64,000 bases of DNA from Amoebidium appalachense (GCA_963693365.1 CAVNZM010000006.1:2976001-3040000), one strand, 5' to 3'. Shown: positions 13,746-27,867, counted from the stretch's first letter. The notes: generated by a model not told the origin, from the letters alone. Translations and numbers: made by a program.

Positions 13746-14501
13746 GTTTCAGTGTAACTCACCAACCCGTCACGGGCCACACAGCCACGCCGCAACTAGG
13801 TCTGCCCATGGCTGGTAACCAGGCGTTCAAGTCCCCAGCCACCCCCACCATGAGTGCCCTCAGCATGCCATCACCGGCACTGAACCAGACCCAAGCCCCA
13901 GCCGGGCCCATGAACAGTGGGCTTGCAGCCCAGCAGGCACAGCAGCAGCTTGTGGCACGCTACCAGCAGCTGAGGCAGGAGCAGATGAAGGTGCACAGCA
14001 TGGTGCAGTTCCACCAGCTGCAGCTGCAGAACGGGGATAGCCTGGCCCCCAACCACAGGAATCAGCTGGTGGGGCAGCTGCAGCAACACATGGCGCAGCT
14101 GCAGGCATTGGTGAACGAGATGAAGATGATTGAGAACCGCCTGCAGCAGATACAGGTGCAGGCACAGGCACAGGCACAGGCGCACATGCAGGCACAGGCA
14201 CAGGCTCATGGCTTGGATCTCAAGCGGCCACATGAGCCCGATCAGAATGATCCAATGAAGATGCAGCGGTTGGATGACGGCACGGCCCGAATGAACCCCA
14301 TGACACCCGGTCAGCCACCTGCCACACCCGGGCAGGTTGGTGGGCACAACACCCTGCAGCAGTATCTGGCTACAATGACGCCTCAGAACGGCCAGATATT
14401 CGTCACGGTGCGTGTGTGTGTGTTTAAGGGTGGATGGGTGGGTGGGGGGGTGGGTGGGTGGGTGGGTGGGTGGGTGTGGGGGGGGGGGGGGGGGGGGGGG
14501 G

Positions 14502-14542
<41 letters not shown>

Positions 14543-15922
14543 ATGTGTACCGGCAAGTGGGGGTGCGTGCATGCAGGTAGGGTGGGGACGTGGGTTGTGT
14601 TGTCCATCTCGACTCCTCAGGACACTTAGGGCTACATCTTAATATTGTGTGTGCGGTGTGTGTGTTTTTGTTATTTAGGAGGTTTTTTCCCTTCCCTTTC
14701 TTTTTGCTCTTTCCTTTTTTTTTCTCTTGTTTTTCTTTTTTTTTTCTTTTGTGTGTGTGTGTGTGTGTGTGCATGTGTGTGCGCGATGGTGGTGGTGGTA
14801 GTTGTGGTGGTGGGATCAGGGGGCGGGGGCCGGGGGCGGGGGGGGGGGGGGAGGGGGGGTAATTTGAGACTTGTCATCGGGCCTTTCAGAAACGGCGTAA
14901 ACCCCAGCAGGGAAGTTGGGCGGTTAATCGTGGTTAATTGTTGGGTTTTTGATATGGTATCAAAATATTTACATCGACAGTTATTGAGGACGTTGGGGGG
15001 AGTAGAGGTTAGCTGGTACGGGAGATGGGGGCATGGGTGCGCAGTTTGTCTGACTCTCTCTGCCTGTGGGTGGGTGGGTGGTGGTGGTCGTGGTCGTGGT
15101 GGTGGTGGTTGTGGTGTGTGTGCGCGCGTGTTTTTGTGTGTGTGTGTGTGTGTTTCCGGGGGAAGAAGGGGGGGGGGGGGGGGGGGGGCATTAGTGCACG
15201 AATATTGGTGGTCAAACCTCAGGTGGGTGTTTGGTGCGGTGATATGGGGGGGGAAGGGGGATGGGGAGGGGTGAGAGGAAGCAAGTAGCGAGACAATTTT
15301 CTGAAAATTGGAGGGGGGGGGGAGGGGGAGGGATGGGGGCAAGCAATGGGACAATTTTCTGAAAGCTGGGGGTGGTTTATGCAGCTGGTGCAGCTGCTCA
15401 AGAAGCAGCAGGCCAAGAACCCGCCGCTGACGCCCCAGGAGGCCATGTTTATCAACCAGCACTCAAACAACCCCGCATTTGCCCCGTTCTTCAACAAAAT
15501 ACGCGAGAGGAGGGCCCAACAAGTGGCCGCTGCTGCTGCTGGGGGCTCGGTGCAAGAACCGGGCACACCAAGTACACCGTTCCATACCATGCCTACACCG
15601 GTGCGTGCAGTGCTTTCTCTGTGTGGGTGGTGGTGATGTGTGGGTGGGTGGATGTGTGTGTGTGTGTTGGGGGGGGGGGGGGGGGTTGTACGATGGGGGT
15701 GTATGTATTCAAGGGTGGTCGTGCATGCAAGGACGTGTGCTTGGATGTGTTATATGGGTGTGTGGATGTGTGGGTGGACGGACTGTGATTTGTTGCGTGT
15801 TGGCATGGGTGTGTCTATGTGGGAGAGGTGGTCGGGGAATCGAGGGCTTGTTTAGTTGTGTGGTGACTGGCTTGATGGGCGGTGGTTCAAGTTTGAACGG
15901 ACGGAGTGTGTGTTTGTGTGGT

Positions 15923-15961
<39 letters not shown>

Positions 15962-16520
15962 GAGGGGGAGGGGGGGGGGGAGGGCATGGTGAGTGGTATA
16001 TACAGAGACATGCCCGTGCACATTGTATCGCTTTTGTGGATGAAACGGGCCGATGTGGTTTTTACTGTTGCTGAGATGTGTGCACTTTGTAGGGGCCACC
16101 GGGAGACGTTAAGCCAAACATCACCCCGGGCACGCCAGCACCGGCAGGCACACCTGCAGCCACAGGGCACACGGAGGGGGCACCGGAAACGAAGGTGGAG
16201 AGGGCGGCGCCTGTGCCTGTGGAGCCCAGATACAAGCCCGAAGATGTGTGCAAAGACCTGCTGGAGATGCACGAGAAGATGATGGAGAACGAGAACGCAG
16301 TGGCTTTCAATGAGCCCGTGGACCCGGAGGCCTTGAAAATCCCTGTATGTGTTGCAATCTATAATGTGTGCGTGTGCGTGTGCGTGCGTATGCGCGCGCG
16401 TGCACGACTCATGGGCACACATAAACACAGACATGCACACGAATGTACGTGTGGACACGCACACACACACTCGCATTCACATTCACTCTCATACCTATGC
16501 ATCTGTACGCGGCGCGCGCG

Positions 16521-16611
<91 letters not shown>

Positions 16612-18476
16612 ACACGAACGTGCACACACACACGAGCACACACATTCGCGAACGTTCACACACATGTTCATAACTAGACAAACGCACATTTCATCCATCT
16701 GCCCAAACACGCACAGTCACAGCCATTCACACAGGTTCTGAACGCAGCAGACACATTTCCCTTTCGCACTCACCTATTTACAACGGTTCTCAAAACCAAC
16801 ACGCACACTCCTCACCTTCTTTCCTATGTAGGGGGGAGGGGGGAGGTGTTATTTGCATTTAAGAGAACGAAGACTGAGTGTGTTGTGTTGTTGTTCACAG
16901 GACTACTTCGACATCATCAAGCACCCGATGGACTTTGGCACGGTCAAGACCAAGCTGCAGGAGGGCAAATACAAGGACCACATTGAATACTGCGACGACG
17001 TGCGGCAGGTCTTCACAAACGCAAAGACCTACAACAAGAAGAACAACTATGTGCACAAGGCCGCAGTCCTCCTGCAGAAGCAGTTTGAGGAAGGTGTGTG
17101 CGCAAATGGAATGGGTAGTGTGTTGGAAGGGTTGGAAAGGGAGCTTGTGCTGTGGATTGGTGGGTGGCTGTTTGCTTGCCTCGGTGTGGATGTGGGAGGA
17201 AAGCGGGTGTGTTTTGTCGTCGTCAGAGGGAGGGCTGGGGGGGGGGGAGGGGGGAGCTTCTCCTCCTCTTCTTCTGCGGATAGGGTTTAGAGCACATTTC
17301 TCCATGATGTCAAGCCGTGCAGATGTATGATACGGGTTGTTGACGTGTCTGTGTGCCTGCGTGTATGCATGTGCATGTGTGGCTCATGCTGATCATTGCA
17401 CAGACATCAAGGGCAAGATGGAGGGGCTGGGCTACTGCTGTGCCGGCATCCAGCAGCAGTACATGCCCACCCCCATCTGGTGTGCCGGGGTGGCCTGCAA
17501 CTACAGCATGGTCCTGCCCAGGGAGAGCACATACTATGCTTGCCCGGCCACAGAGGAGTATGCGCCCTTGTCTCCCTGTGTGTCTGTGTGTTTGTGTGTG
17601 TTCGAGGGGGTGGATTCCTTGTGTTGGGTTCAAAATGGTTGTGGCTTGTGGTTGGAGGTTTGGGATTAGCAGAGTGGGTTTGTGTTGTTGATGTGTAGCT
17701 CTGCATGCGTAAATGGTGAACGATAGGCAAGCGGATAACCAGGATTCCACAGCATGCACCTGGTCCTTCCCTTCATACATGCAGGCAGCATGTGTGTTTG
17801 TGTGCACCAACACACATGAAAGCACACACACACGCAACTTCACATACACGCTCGGCGTGCGCGCACACCCATGCACACATGCACATGTGCACACACGAAC
17901 AGACGAGCACACACGTACATACATTCTTGCACAGGCCCACACGCACGCACGCCCGTACATACATGGTTGCACACACACGCGCACACACACAAACACGGTG
18001 CTATTGGTGCAACAGTGCAGGCACATGCAGATTGTTGCAGTTACATGGATATTGCGCATGCGTTCCTGTGCTTGCTGCATGATGAAACGGACATGAGGTG
18101 TACGGTTCCGATGGGCATTGCCCTGCATGCATGCACATTTGGCCCGCAAAAGCCACGTGGTGGGTACAGCCCCAGCACATGCAGCACATACAAAACACGG
18201 CATGCACGCATGTCTGTGTCCATGAACTCACAGACACGCGCATGCACGTACGTGCACATAACCACTCACAGGCAAAGCACGACACACACACACACTCACA
18301 CTCACACTCACTCACTCACTCACTCACTCACTCACTCACTCACTCACTCACTCACTCACTCACTCACTCACTCACTCACTCACATTGACACACGCAAACA
18401 TTCACCCACACAACCCCACACACACACACTTGGGGCAGTCCACGGTGTCACGCGTTTTTCGAAGTCCATCCTGCAT

Positions 18477-18564
<88 letters not shown>

Positions 18565-20682
18565 CCTAGTTGCGGCACTAATTCCTGACGCCTTTTGATT
18601 TTTGCGCAGGGGCAAATTCAACAACGTGTGTGAAAAGTGCTACGAGGAGGGTGGGCCCAATGCAGACGTTGAGATGATCGAGTTTAGTCTGGAGAGCGGC
18701 AACACAAGGGTCAAGGAGCCAAAGTCAAAGTTCGAGAAGAAGAAGAACGATCACCTCGAATTTGAGCCCGTAAGTGGATGTTCCCTCTCTTTCCTTTGTC
18801 CTTCCAGTCTTTCTTTTCCCTCTCCTTTCTTGGACTCTTTTCTTGTCTTTCTGAGGGGAGGCGGTGGTGGGCAGACCGGTGGGTGGGCCTGGGGGACGCC
18901 CACCGGGGGGGGGGGGGGGGGGGGGGGGGCTACGTGTCTAAAATGGTCGGATTAGAAGGTAGGGATCGGTGGTGGGGCCTGCTATTGTGTGTGTGTGTGT
19001 GTGCTATTGCAGGGAGGGATTTTTGATGCAAGTGGAGTGCAGATGCTTTTTTTTTGTGGGTGGGGGGAGGGGGGAGGCACATGGTGACGGTGTTGTTGTG
19101 TGTTTGCAGTGGGTGGAGTGTGCAGGGTGCATGATGCGTCTGCACAGCATATGCCGGCTACACAACAAGTTTGTCAGCAAGAAGCTCTACTGTGCAAAGT
19201 GCGAGGTGGAGAAGAACATCAAGGACTCGTGGAAGAGCTGGATACACTTCCCCGCTGACAGTATGTGATCCCCCTAAGCTCTGCCTGTAATGCAATGTCA
19301 GCAAATTCAGCATTGTTAGTCCGTCGTGAGTGTGTGCTTCACACTCTTCGACACATAAGACCTCCCCCCCCCCCCCCCCCCCCCCCCCCCGCGCAAAACA
19401 AAACCCCCAAACATGCGGGCGCGCACACACTCACTCACTCACACACACACACACACACACACACACGGGCGGTACGCTTGGGGCAAGCTGCAGTTACATG
19501 GAAACTGGCACATGCCCACCTGGGCTTGCTGCATGATCGCACGGGCGGGCGTGCATGTCTGCACGTGTGCGATTGCACTCTTCTGCATGTCTGGTGGCAA
19601 TCGACGTGCATGCGCTGACAATGTTTTGCGGCAGCGCTGCCCCGGTGCGACCTAGGGGACCACTTAGAACAGCTGCTGGCCAAGATGTTTGCCAAGTATG
19701 CAGAGGACAACCCCGACCAGCCCCCCATCAACCCCGTCACCGTAAGAATGTGTCTCAACATGGACAAGGAATACGACGTGCCCCCGGGCATTGCCGCAAG
19801 GTGCCTGCAACCTACATGCATGCATAGACACACACCTTGCATCACCACGCTGGCACAAGATACCCTTGCACCATTACACAGGCACAAAACACATACCCTT
19901 GCATCAGCGTGTGCGCGGGCACTCACGAGTGCCTAGGCAATCACACAGATTCGCACACACGAGCTTTTGACAAAAACAGATGCAAGTACGTGAAGACAAG
20001 CACTTGAATACACGGTTGGGGGTGTGTGCGTGCATGCAGGTGTACGTGTGGCTGCCTGCCTGCCTTCCTGCGTGGGTGTGCTAAGAGGGGGGACTGTGGT
20101 GTGCAAACCTGGAGGTCTGGGGTTTGGTGCTGACACCATTTTGGGCCCCAGATATCCTGACTACCCGAAATCTTATCCCTACCGCCACAAGGCCATCTTC
20201 TGCTTCCAGGTATGTAGGGTTGGGAGGGATGTTGTAGGTGGATCCCTGGGCGGTGACACAATTGGGCTGTAATTTGGTGTCTTAGGGTGGGGCATGGGCG
20301 GTGGGGAGGTGATGGTTGTTTGGCTGTGTTGGTGTCTTACTCATGGGGTTTGTAAACGCAAAGAGCAGATGTGAAGAAGGGGGGAGGGGAGGGAAATGGG
20401 GGGGTGGGGGGGGGATGGGTACTAGATAGGTTGACTATGAAACTGTGTGGAATCCAAAGCGTTTGTAACCGACTGCTTGCTTGTTGTGCAGAAAATCGAC
20501 GGTGTAGACGTGTGCTTTTTCGGCATGCACCTGCACGAGTATACGTCCAACTGCCCAGAGCCCAACAAATCACGGGTCTACATCTCATACCTGGACAGTG
20601 TCAAGTTCTTCCAGCCCGCAAAGTATGACTGGCCAAACTACCACACCGTGCACACACACACATGCCAACTCACCCCCCCCCC

Positions 20683-20733
<51 letters not shown>

Positions 20734-22134
20734 GAGGGGGTGCACTCAGACACCTACACACGAGCACACACACAAACACTGGCGCGCACATGCTCACCCG
20801 CTCATACTCTCACTCACGTTTTGTCAGCCCTCCACCCACCCACCCACCCACCTACCCACCCACCCAATTGGCCGTCTGGGGGGGGGGGGGGGGGGGGGAG
20901 AAGGGGAACAGTAAAGGGGAGGAAGGGGGAGCAAAAGGTTGAGGGAGGGAGGGAGGGAGAAGGGGACAGTGACAGGGGACAGGGAAAGAGAGGAGAGCAA
21001 GAGGCAAAACCAGAGCACACACGCTTACACACGAAACACTGCAGGCTGCGCACGGCACTGTACCACGAGCTGCTTGTGGGCTACCTCTCCTACTGCCGGG
21101 ACCACGGCTACACGTATGCACACATCTGGGCATGCCCTCCCACCCAGGGCGACGACTACATGTTCCACTGCCACCCAGAGGACCAGCGCACCCCAAAGCC
21201 AAAGCGCCTGCAGGACTGGTACCGCAACATGCTCGAGCTGGCTAAGGTGGGTTTGTGGGTGTGTAGGTGTGTGTGTGTGCTGCGTGCGCCGGTGGGTAGG
21301 TGGGTAGGTGGGCGTTTTTTTTGTTTTTTTTTGGGGGGGGGGGGGGGGGGGGGGATTCGATGGCATCCTTGTTCGAAGAAGGAAGGCTTTGGCCCAGCGT
21401 GTGATGGTGTTCTTCGTCTTGCACCACCATACAACGCCATCAATAGCAATGCCATCCACGCTCAGACATAGATGCTTGCACCTGCGAACAGTTACACACT
21501 CGAAGGGAAATGGCACCATCGGCTTGTTAGCACGCACTGGTTGCCATGCATGACACACACACGTGGCATCGGCCGATATATTCTAATGCTTTGCCTTCTT
21601 GCAGGAGAAGGGTGCGATTGAGAAGTTCGGGGACATTCTCAGCATGTCACAGGACATTACGTCTGCACGCTACCTTCAGAACATGAACGGAGACCACTGG
21701 GCAGATATCATCGAGCAGAGCATACAGAAACTGGCAGAGGAGAAGGGGAATGAGGAGGGGGAGGAGGAGGAGGAGGAGGATACCTCGGAGGCACCAACAC
21801 CAAGCACCACAAGCAAGAAGACCAGCAAGAAGGGTAAGGGGTAGGGTGGGTGGGTGGGCGGGTGTGTGTGTGTGTAGGCCCAAGGGATGATGTGTCTATG
21901 TCTTATCCGTGTAACGAGTAGTGACGTCGTTGGGTGGTCTAGGGGGCCCGAGCAAGAAGGGAGCCAAGGCCAGCAAGAAGGGGGGGTCAAGAAGAAGGCC
22001 GGCAAGAAGCCGCTGCTGCAGCGGCAGGCCAGCGAGCTGATGGGGGTGCTGCTGGAGCACATGCAGCGCAACAAGGACGTGTTCTTTGTCGTCCAGCTTC
22101 CTAAAGACGTCCAGGCCGCCGTAAGTCTTTTTTT

Positions 22135-22183
<49 letters not shown>

Positions 22184-22336
22184 GGAACGGGACGAACGGA
22201 ACGGGACGGGACGGGACGGGACGGGACGGGACGGGACGCAAAGGCCTCAGTGGGTCTTGGTGGTGTGCACATGTAGCTTGAGGGTGATGGTAGTGGTGGT
22301 GGGTGGGTGGGTGGGTTTTTTTTTTTATTATTTTTT

Positions 22337-22387
<51 letters not shown>

Positions 22388-22630
22388 AAATCATGTGGGA
22401 CACGGCACGAAGTAAAAGAACACGATGAGAAACGCGTTGTAGGAGACAGTCAACAGTAAACATGGAAGAATGCAACATTAGAATCGCTTAGTATGCAGCG
22501 TAACCAGAGCCCATCCTCATCAGGCCGGGCCATTAACTGCAGCTATTTTTTGTTTTTTTTGTTTTTTTGTTTTTTTGTTTTTTTTGTTTCTTTTGGTGGG
22601 GGGTGGGTGGATCGGTGGTATCATTTTGGG

Positions 22631-22678
<48 letters not shown>

Positions 22679-23303
22679 GGAGCAAGGGTTGTGTAGTCGG
22701 GGGCTTTACTGATGGAGTGTGTTTTCAGCTGGAGAAGGGCACAGACGACCCCAACCCACTGGTCAAGAACGATTTGCTGGAGGGCAGAGAGGTGTTTCTC
22801 AACCTGGCCAGGGAGAACAAGTACCAGGTGTGTGGGTGGGGGTGGGTGCGTGGGTGGGTGTTTGCATGGAGGTGGGTGGGTGGGTGGGTGGGTGTATGGA
22901 TGTGCGTGTGGGTGGGTGGGTGGGTGGGTGTGGGTGGGTGGGTGGGTGTATGGATGTGCGTGTGGGTGGGTGGGTGGATGGGTGTGGGTGGGTGGGTGGG
23001 TGTATGGATGTGCGTGTGGGTGGGTGGGTGGATGGGTGGGGGTGGGTGGGTAGGTGGGTGTGGGTGGGTGGGGTGGGTGGGTGGGTGTGGGTATATGTTT
23101 GTTAAGGTGAGTGGGTGTGGAGAGAGGGCGTGGGGGTGGGGGGGGGGGGGGATAGGAGGGATTTCCTTTTGGAGAGTGAGTTTGGATCTGGGTGGGTAAA
23201 GGAGTGAGGAAAGGTTGTAATGGGGTCGAAGTGATACTGCAACTTGCATGTGCGGGCTATGACCCATTGAGATGATTTGCTCAGGTTTGTTTCGAGCATT
23301 GAG

Positions 23304-23391
<88 letters not shown>

Positions 23392-23584
23392 ACATGGTGG
23401 TGCCCAGTTCAACGCGCTGCGCAATGCACGCTACAGCAGCATGATGTTCCTGTGGCACCTGCACCACAATGACGCAGGCGGGGAGATGTCGGACTTCACA
23501 TGCAACGAATGTGATGCACGCATGGGCGCATTGGATCCCCGCTTTCACTGCCCCACTTGTGAGGTATGCAGGCGCACGCGCACG

Positions 23585-23615
<31 letters not shown>

Positions 23616-24399
23616 TTGTATACACACACCGTATACACACACGCACGCACGTACATGCGCGCGTGCACACACACACACACAAACACACAGACATACACAG
23701 ACATGCACAATAAGACGCGAGCCACACACAATCAGGGTGGCACATTCTATGCACATGTGTAGGTCTTACATGGCACCTAGATACGTTGCACCGACCCCGA
23801 CTCTGCCTTTAATAGGCTAGCACAGGCACGGGCACGCCTGCACACAAACATACACTTGCATATATTTCACTACACCTGCTGCCTTGGAGCACGCACTTGG
23901 TGTGCCACCATATGGACACACTTACAGAGAGCAGGGCTTCGTGTATGGTCCCCAGACACATGCCGTACGCACTTATGACCTCCGAGCATGCGTGTGCGTT
24001 CTTAAAAAATATCATCTTGCCCAGCCCTATGAACAAACCCCAGCAGATATAGTTGATTCCTCCCAGAAAAGACGTGTTAGCTCAATACACAATGGGATGA
24101 CACAGTCAGCCTCTGTAGTGGTGCATGCAAGCAGACGGTAGTACCTGAATGTCGGTTTTTCATACCCCTTCCTCCCGTTGGTGTGTGTGTGTGTGTTCTG
24201 ACTCTTTTAATGTGCAGGACTTTGACCTGTGCACCAAGTGCCACAAGACCAAGAAGCACGAGCATGAGATGTCCCAGATCGGCTTTGACGTGCTGGCTGA
24301 CGACCCCGAGGAGGAGAAGAAGGCTGCAGTCGCTGCAGGCGCAGGTGTGTGCAATGTGTTTGGGGAAAGGGGGGGGGTGGTGGTGGTGGTGGTGGTGGT

Positions 24400-24434
<35 letters not shown>

Positions 24435-27400
24435 GGAGGTGGTGGGTGCTGGAACATGGTTGGGTGGGCTTTTTTTTGCACGGCGGGGGGGGGGGGGGGG
24501 GGGGGGGGGGGGCATGGTTGGCTGGGTGGAAGCATGGTGAGTGAGTGTAATGTGTGGTCGTTGGGCGGGTACGTGGTGTGTGAGTGTAATGTGTGGTAGT
24601 GTGATGGGTGCGTGGTGTGGTGTGGTGTTGCGCTGGTTCGGTGTAGTGTGTGGTTTGATTGTGGGTGTTTGAACATGGTTGGCCTGTGGGAGTGAGGGGC
24701 ATTGTGGTAGTGGGTGCCAGCCGCGTGCAAATCAGACAACAGTGTTGCTTAAACCCCATGGCACCCTGTATGTCTAAGCATGCACTAACACGTTATTCTC
24801 CCCGCAGATCCCGGGGCTGCAGCCAAGGCAGCGGAAGCGCATCGGGAGAAGACTGCGCGCCTGCGCAACCCCCGTGTGCTCATGGAGGTGCTGCAGCACG
24901 CCTGTGTGTGCACAGACCCCAACTGCGGGGTGGAGTTCTGCCCCAAGATGCGCCAGCTGGTGGCGCACACGAGGCAGTGCAAGCTCAACAGGCAGTGCGG
25001 CACGTGTGCGCAGCTGATCAAGCTGACGTTCCTGCATGCCGAGGGCTGCAAGGCCCCCATGGGTTGTCAGTTCCCGTTTTGCATGCAGATCAAGCAGCAG
25101 CTGCGCGCAAGAAACAAGAAGCTGCTCAAGGCAAGAAAGCAGCAGAAGTTGGCCCGCCGCAGAGCTATGAAGGCCCTGATCTCACAGCAGCAGCCACTGC
25201 CTGTACGTGTCCCCTGTGCTGTGTGTGTGGACATGAATGGTGGCTGCATGCTGTATGTTCGTGCCTGTGCTGTGCGTGTAGACATACAAGGTGGCTAGCT
25301 GATGTGTTTTTTGCCTGGGCTGTGTGTGCATGTAGACATACATGGTGGCTAGCTGATGTGTTTTTTGCCTGGGCTGTGCATGTAGACATACATGGTGGCT
25401 AGCTGATGTGTTTTTCGCCTGGGCTGTGTAAGTAGGCGTGCATGCTATCTTCATTGTACTGACATGATGTTTGTGCAGGGGGCAATGGGTGCAGCCGTCG
25501 GGCTTCCAGCCACGCCAGCACTAGGGCTGCAGGTACCAGGGCCAGCAGCAGGCTTGGCGTCACCTCTGATGCAGACCCCAAATGCCCTGGGCCTGGGCCG
25601 GGGCAAGACCAACTCCCCAAACCCCATCGACCAGCGTGCCGCCATCTTGCAGGCATCGGCCGCTGCCGGCAACCCTGCAGCCCAGGCACGCATGCAACAG
25701 CTAAGGCAGCAGCAGCTACTTTTTCAGCAGCAGCAGAATGCTGGGGTGGCCCCGGTCATGCAGCAGGCCCACCTGCTGCAGCAGCAGCAACAGGTGGCGG
25801 CAGGGGTCAACCCCCAGCAGGCGGCGCTGCTCCTGCAGCAGCAGCAGATCAAGCAGCAGCAGGCCGCCGTGGCTGCAGCCGTCACGGCAGACCCGAGCAA
25901 GGCGGCACAGGCGCAGCAGATGCAGCAGCTGCTGCTGCTCAAAGCCCAGCAGGTGCAGCGCATGCAGCTGGCCCAGGGCATGGCCCCCGACCAGCAGCCG
26001 GCCCAGACCCCCCAGCTGGCCCTGCAGGGCGCCACGGCCACGGGGGCACAGCCGGGGGTGCGGCAGGCCAGCACCGAGCAGCAGGCGCGCATCCAGCAGC
26101 AGATGGCCCTGCAGCCCCCCCACGTGCAGCAGCGCGTGCATGCGCTCAGGCTGCAGATGCAGGAGAAGCAGAAGCAGATCATGGAGGCCGCAGCCAGCCT
26201 CAAGGCCCGGGCGGCACAGCTGACGGAGCAGGAGAAGCTGGCCGAGCAGGAACAGATCAAGAAGCTGGGGGCCGAGGCCCAGCAGATCAAGGCCCAGTAT
26301 GCCCAGGTCCTCAGAGACATCGGCATCCTCAATGGCCCCGCACAGCAGCAGCAGACCCCTGCCCAGCCTGCTCCCGGCCAGCCAAAGCCCGCTGGCGCCC
26401 CTCCAGCCATGTCCCCCCAGATTGGCGGCGCACAAATGGCCCCAGGCGCTGACGGGGCAGCTGGTGCGGCAGGCGGACAGAAGGTGGGCAGCCTCAGCGT
26501 GACACCTGAGCAGAAGCAGCTGCTGCTTAAGAAGCTGGCAGAGAGGAAGAAAATGTTCCCCAATGAGGCACCCCAGCAGGCCGTCTCCATCTGCTATGCT
26601 GAGCTGCAGCAGCAGCAGGCACAGCAGCAGCAACAGCAGCAGGCCGGCGCACAGCAGCAGCAGCAGCAGCAGCAGCAACAGCAAGCGCAGCAGCAGCAGC
26701 AGGCAGCACAACAGGCGGCACAGCAACAAGCACAGCAACAGGCACAGCAGCAGGCGCAACAGCAACAGCAACAGCAACAGCAGGCCGTGGCGGCAGCGCA
26801 GCAGCAGCAGCAGCAGCAGGTGGTCATGCAGCAGCTGCAGCAGCAGCAACAGATCCTGCAGCAGCAGCTGTTGCAGCAGCCCCAGCTGGGTGCCCTGCCC
26901 CAGCAGCAGGCCCAGATCATCATGCAGCTGCAGCAGCAGCAGCGCCTGCAGCAGCTACAACAACAACAGCAGCAACACCAGCTACAGGCTGCGCAGCAAC
27001 AACAGCAGCAACAGCAACAGCAACAGTTACTTCAGCACATGATGCAGCAGCAGCAACAACAACAGCAGCAGCAAGCACAGCAACAACAACAGGCGGGGCA
27101 GCAGATGCTGTCGCAGGCCAACCTCCAACTGCTCAACCCCAATGCTGCGGGTGTTCTTGCGGCACAACAGGTCGCGGCTGCAGCAGCAGGGCAGAACATG
27201 CAGCTCAACCGCATGTTGATGGGTGGCCAGCCCGGCCTGGGCCCCCAGCAGCAACAGCAGATGCTGCTCCTGCAGCAGCAGCAACAACAGCAACAACTCC
27301 TACGGCAGCAGCAACAGGCGCTGCTGCAGCAGGCAGGGGCCGGGCCAGGGCTCAACCAGCAGGCACAGGCCATGCAGCTGGCAGCACTGCAGCAGCAGCG

Positions 27401-27578
27401 GCAGAACCTGATGCTGCAGCAGCTCAAGCAGCAGAATGCAGCCGGTCTGGGCAACCAGCAGCTGCTGCTGCAGCAACCCCTGCTCCTGCAGCAGGCAAAC
27501 ATGGGTATAAACCCCGGGCAGCTGAACGGGCAGCTGAATATGCAGCCCCCCGGGGGTATGGATGGGAACGGCATGTAG
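7602..27578 (+). CDS. CREBBP: CBP/p300 (KAT3) histone acetyltransferase, 27 exons
   Basis: Exons 7602-7609, 8537-8625, 9517-10427 (TAZ1), 10614-10674, 11140-11190, 11631-11671, 11919-12001, 12651-12762 and 13124-13223 ([14 protein letters not shown]), 13746-14407, 15385-15600, 16093-16344 and 16901-17093 (bromodomain, [16 protein letters not shown]), 17404-17557, 18610-18769, 19110-19260 (RING/PHD), 19635-19800, 20152-20209, 20492-20622, 21045-21246 ([32 protein letters not shown]), 21605-21840, 21943-22120, 22729-22827, 23408-23563 and 24218-24344 (ZZ), 24808-25202 (TAZ2), 25479-27578 (Q-rich). Phases are consistent; N-terminus has EPPNKKAKL, similar to CBP. The symbol denotes the CBP/p300 family. 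Confidence 0.95.
8647..8899 (+). mobile_element. Interspersed SINE-like element, copy 1 (truncated), with poly-C end
   Basis: Homologous to 55173-55528 and to the reverse complement of 46106-46461; ends CCGCATTCAA followed by C27; lies in CBP intron 2. Confidence 0.7.
22860..23090 (+). repeat. (GGGT)n-based minisatellite with recurring GTATGGATGTGCGTGT, G-quadruplex-prone
   Basis: Three copies of gggtgtatggatgtgcgtgtgggtgggtggg within a GGGT array in a CBP intron. Confidence 0.8.
25217..25430 (+). repeat. ~50-55 bp tandem repeat, 3 close copies plus 1 degenerate, in the last CBP intron
   Basis: GTAGACATACA(A/T)GGTGGCTAGCTGATGTGTTTTT.GCCTGGGCTGTG at 25277, 25332 and 25382. Confidence 0.9.
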
Positions 27579-27867
27579 GAACCCGGTATGTAGTGAGCAG
27601 GTATATACAGTTATATATATATATGATAATCAGCGTAGGTCAAGGCATGCCCAGGCTTTGTAAGCCGGCCGCTGCCTGTTAAAGCGCACGTATGTCGCGA
27701 TTTTATATGTGAGGATATGAATTGTCTATGATGAGCCTCTTGTCAGTGAGTATATCATGTAAGTGCAACCGGCCCATGGGCTCCAAGTATGAATACAAGC
27801 CTCTCAGACTGGTAATGTTTGCTGTGTGTGGTGTACGTGTCTTGCCGCGCGTGTGCTTCGAGACTGT

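Noticed and set aside
25716-27574. Long minus-strand poly-Leu/poly-Cys ORFs
   Set aside because: Antisense shadows of the CAG-rich CBP terminal exon.
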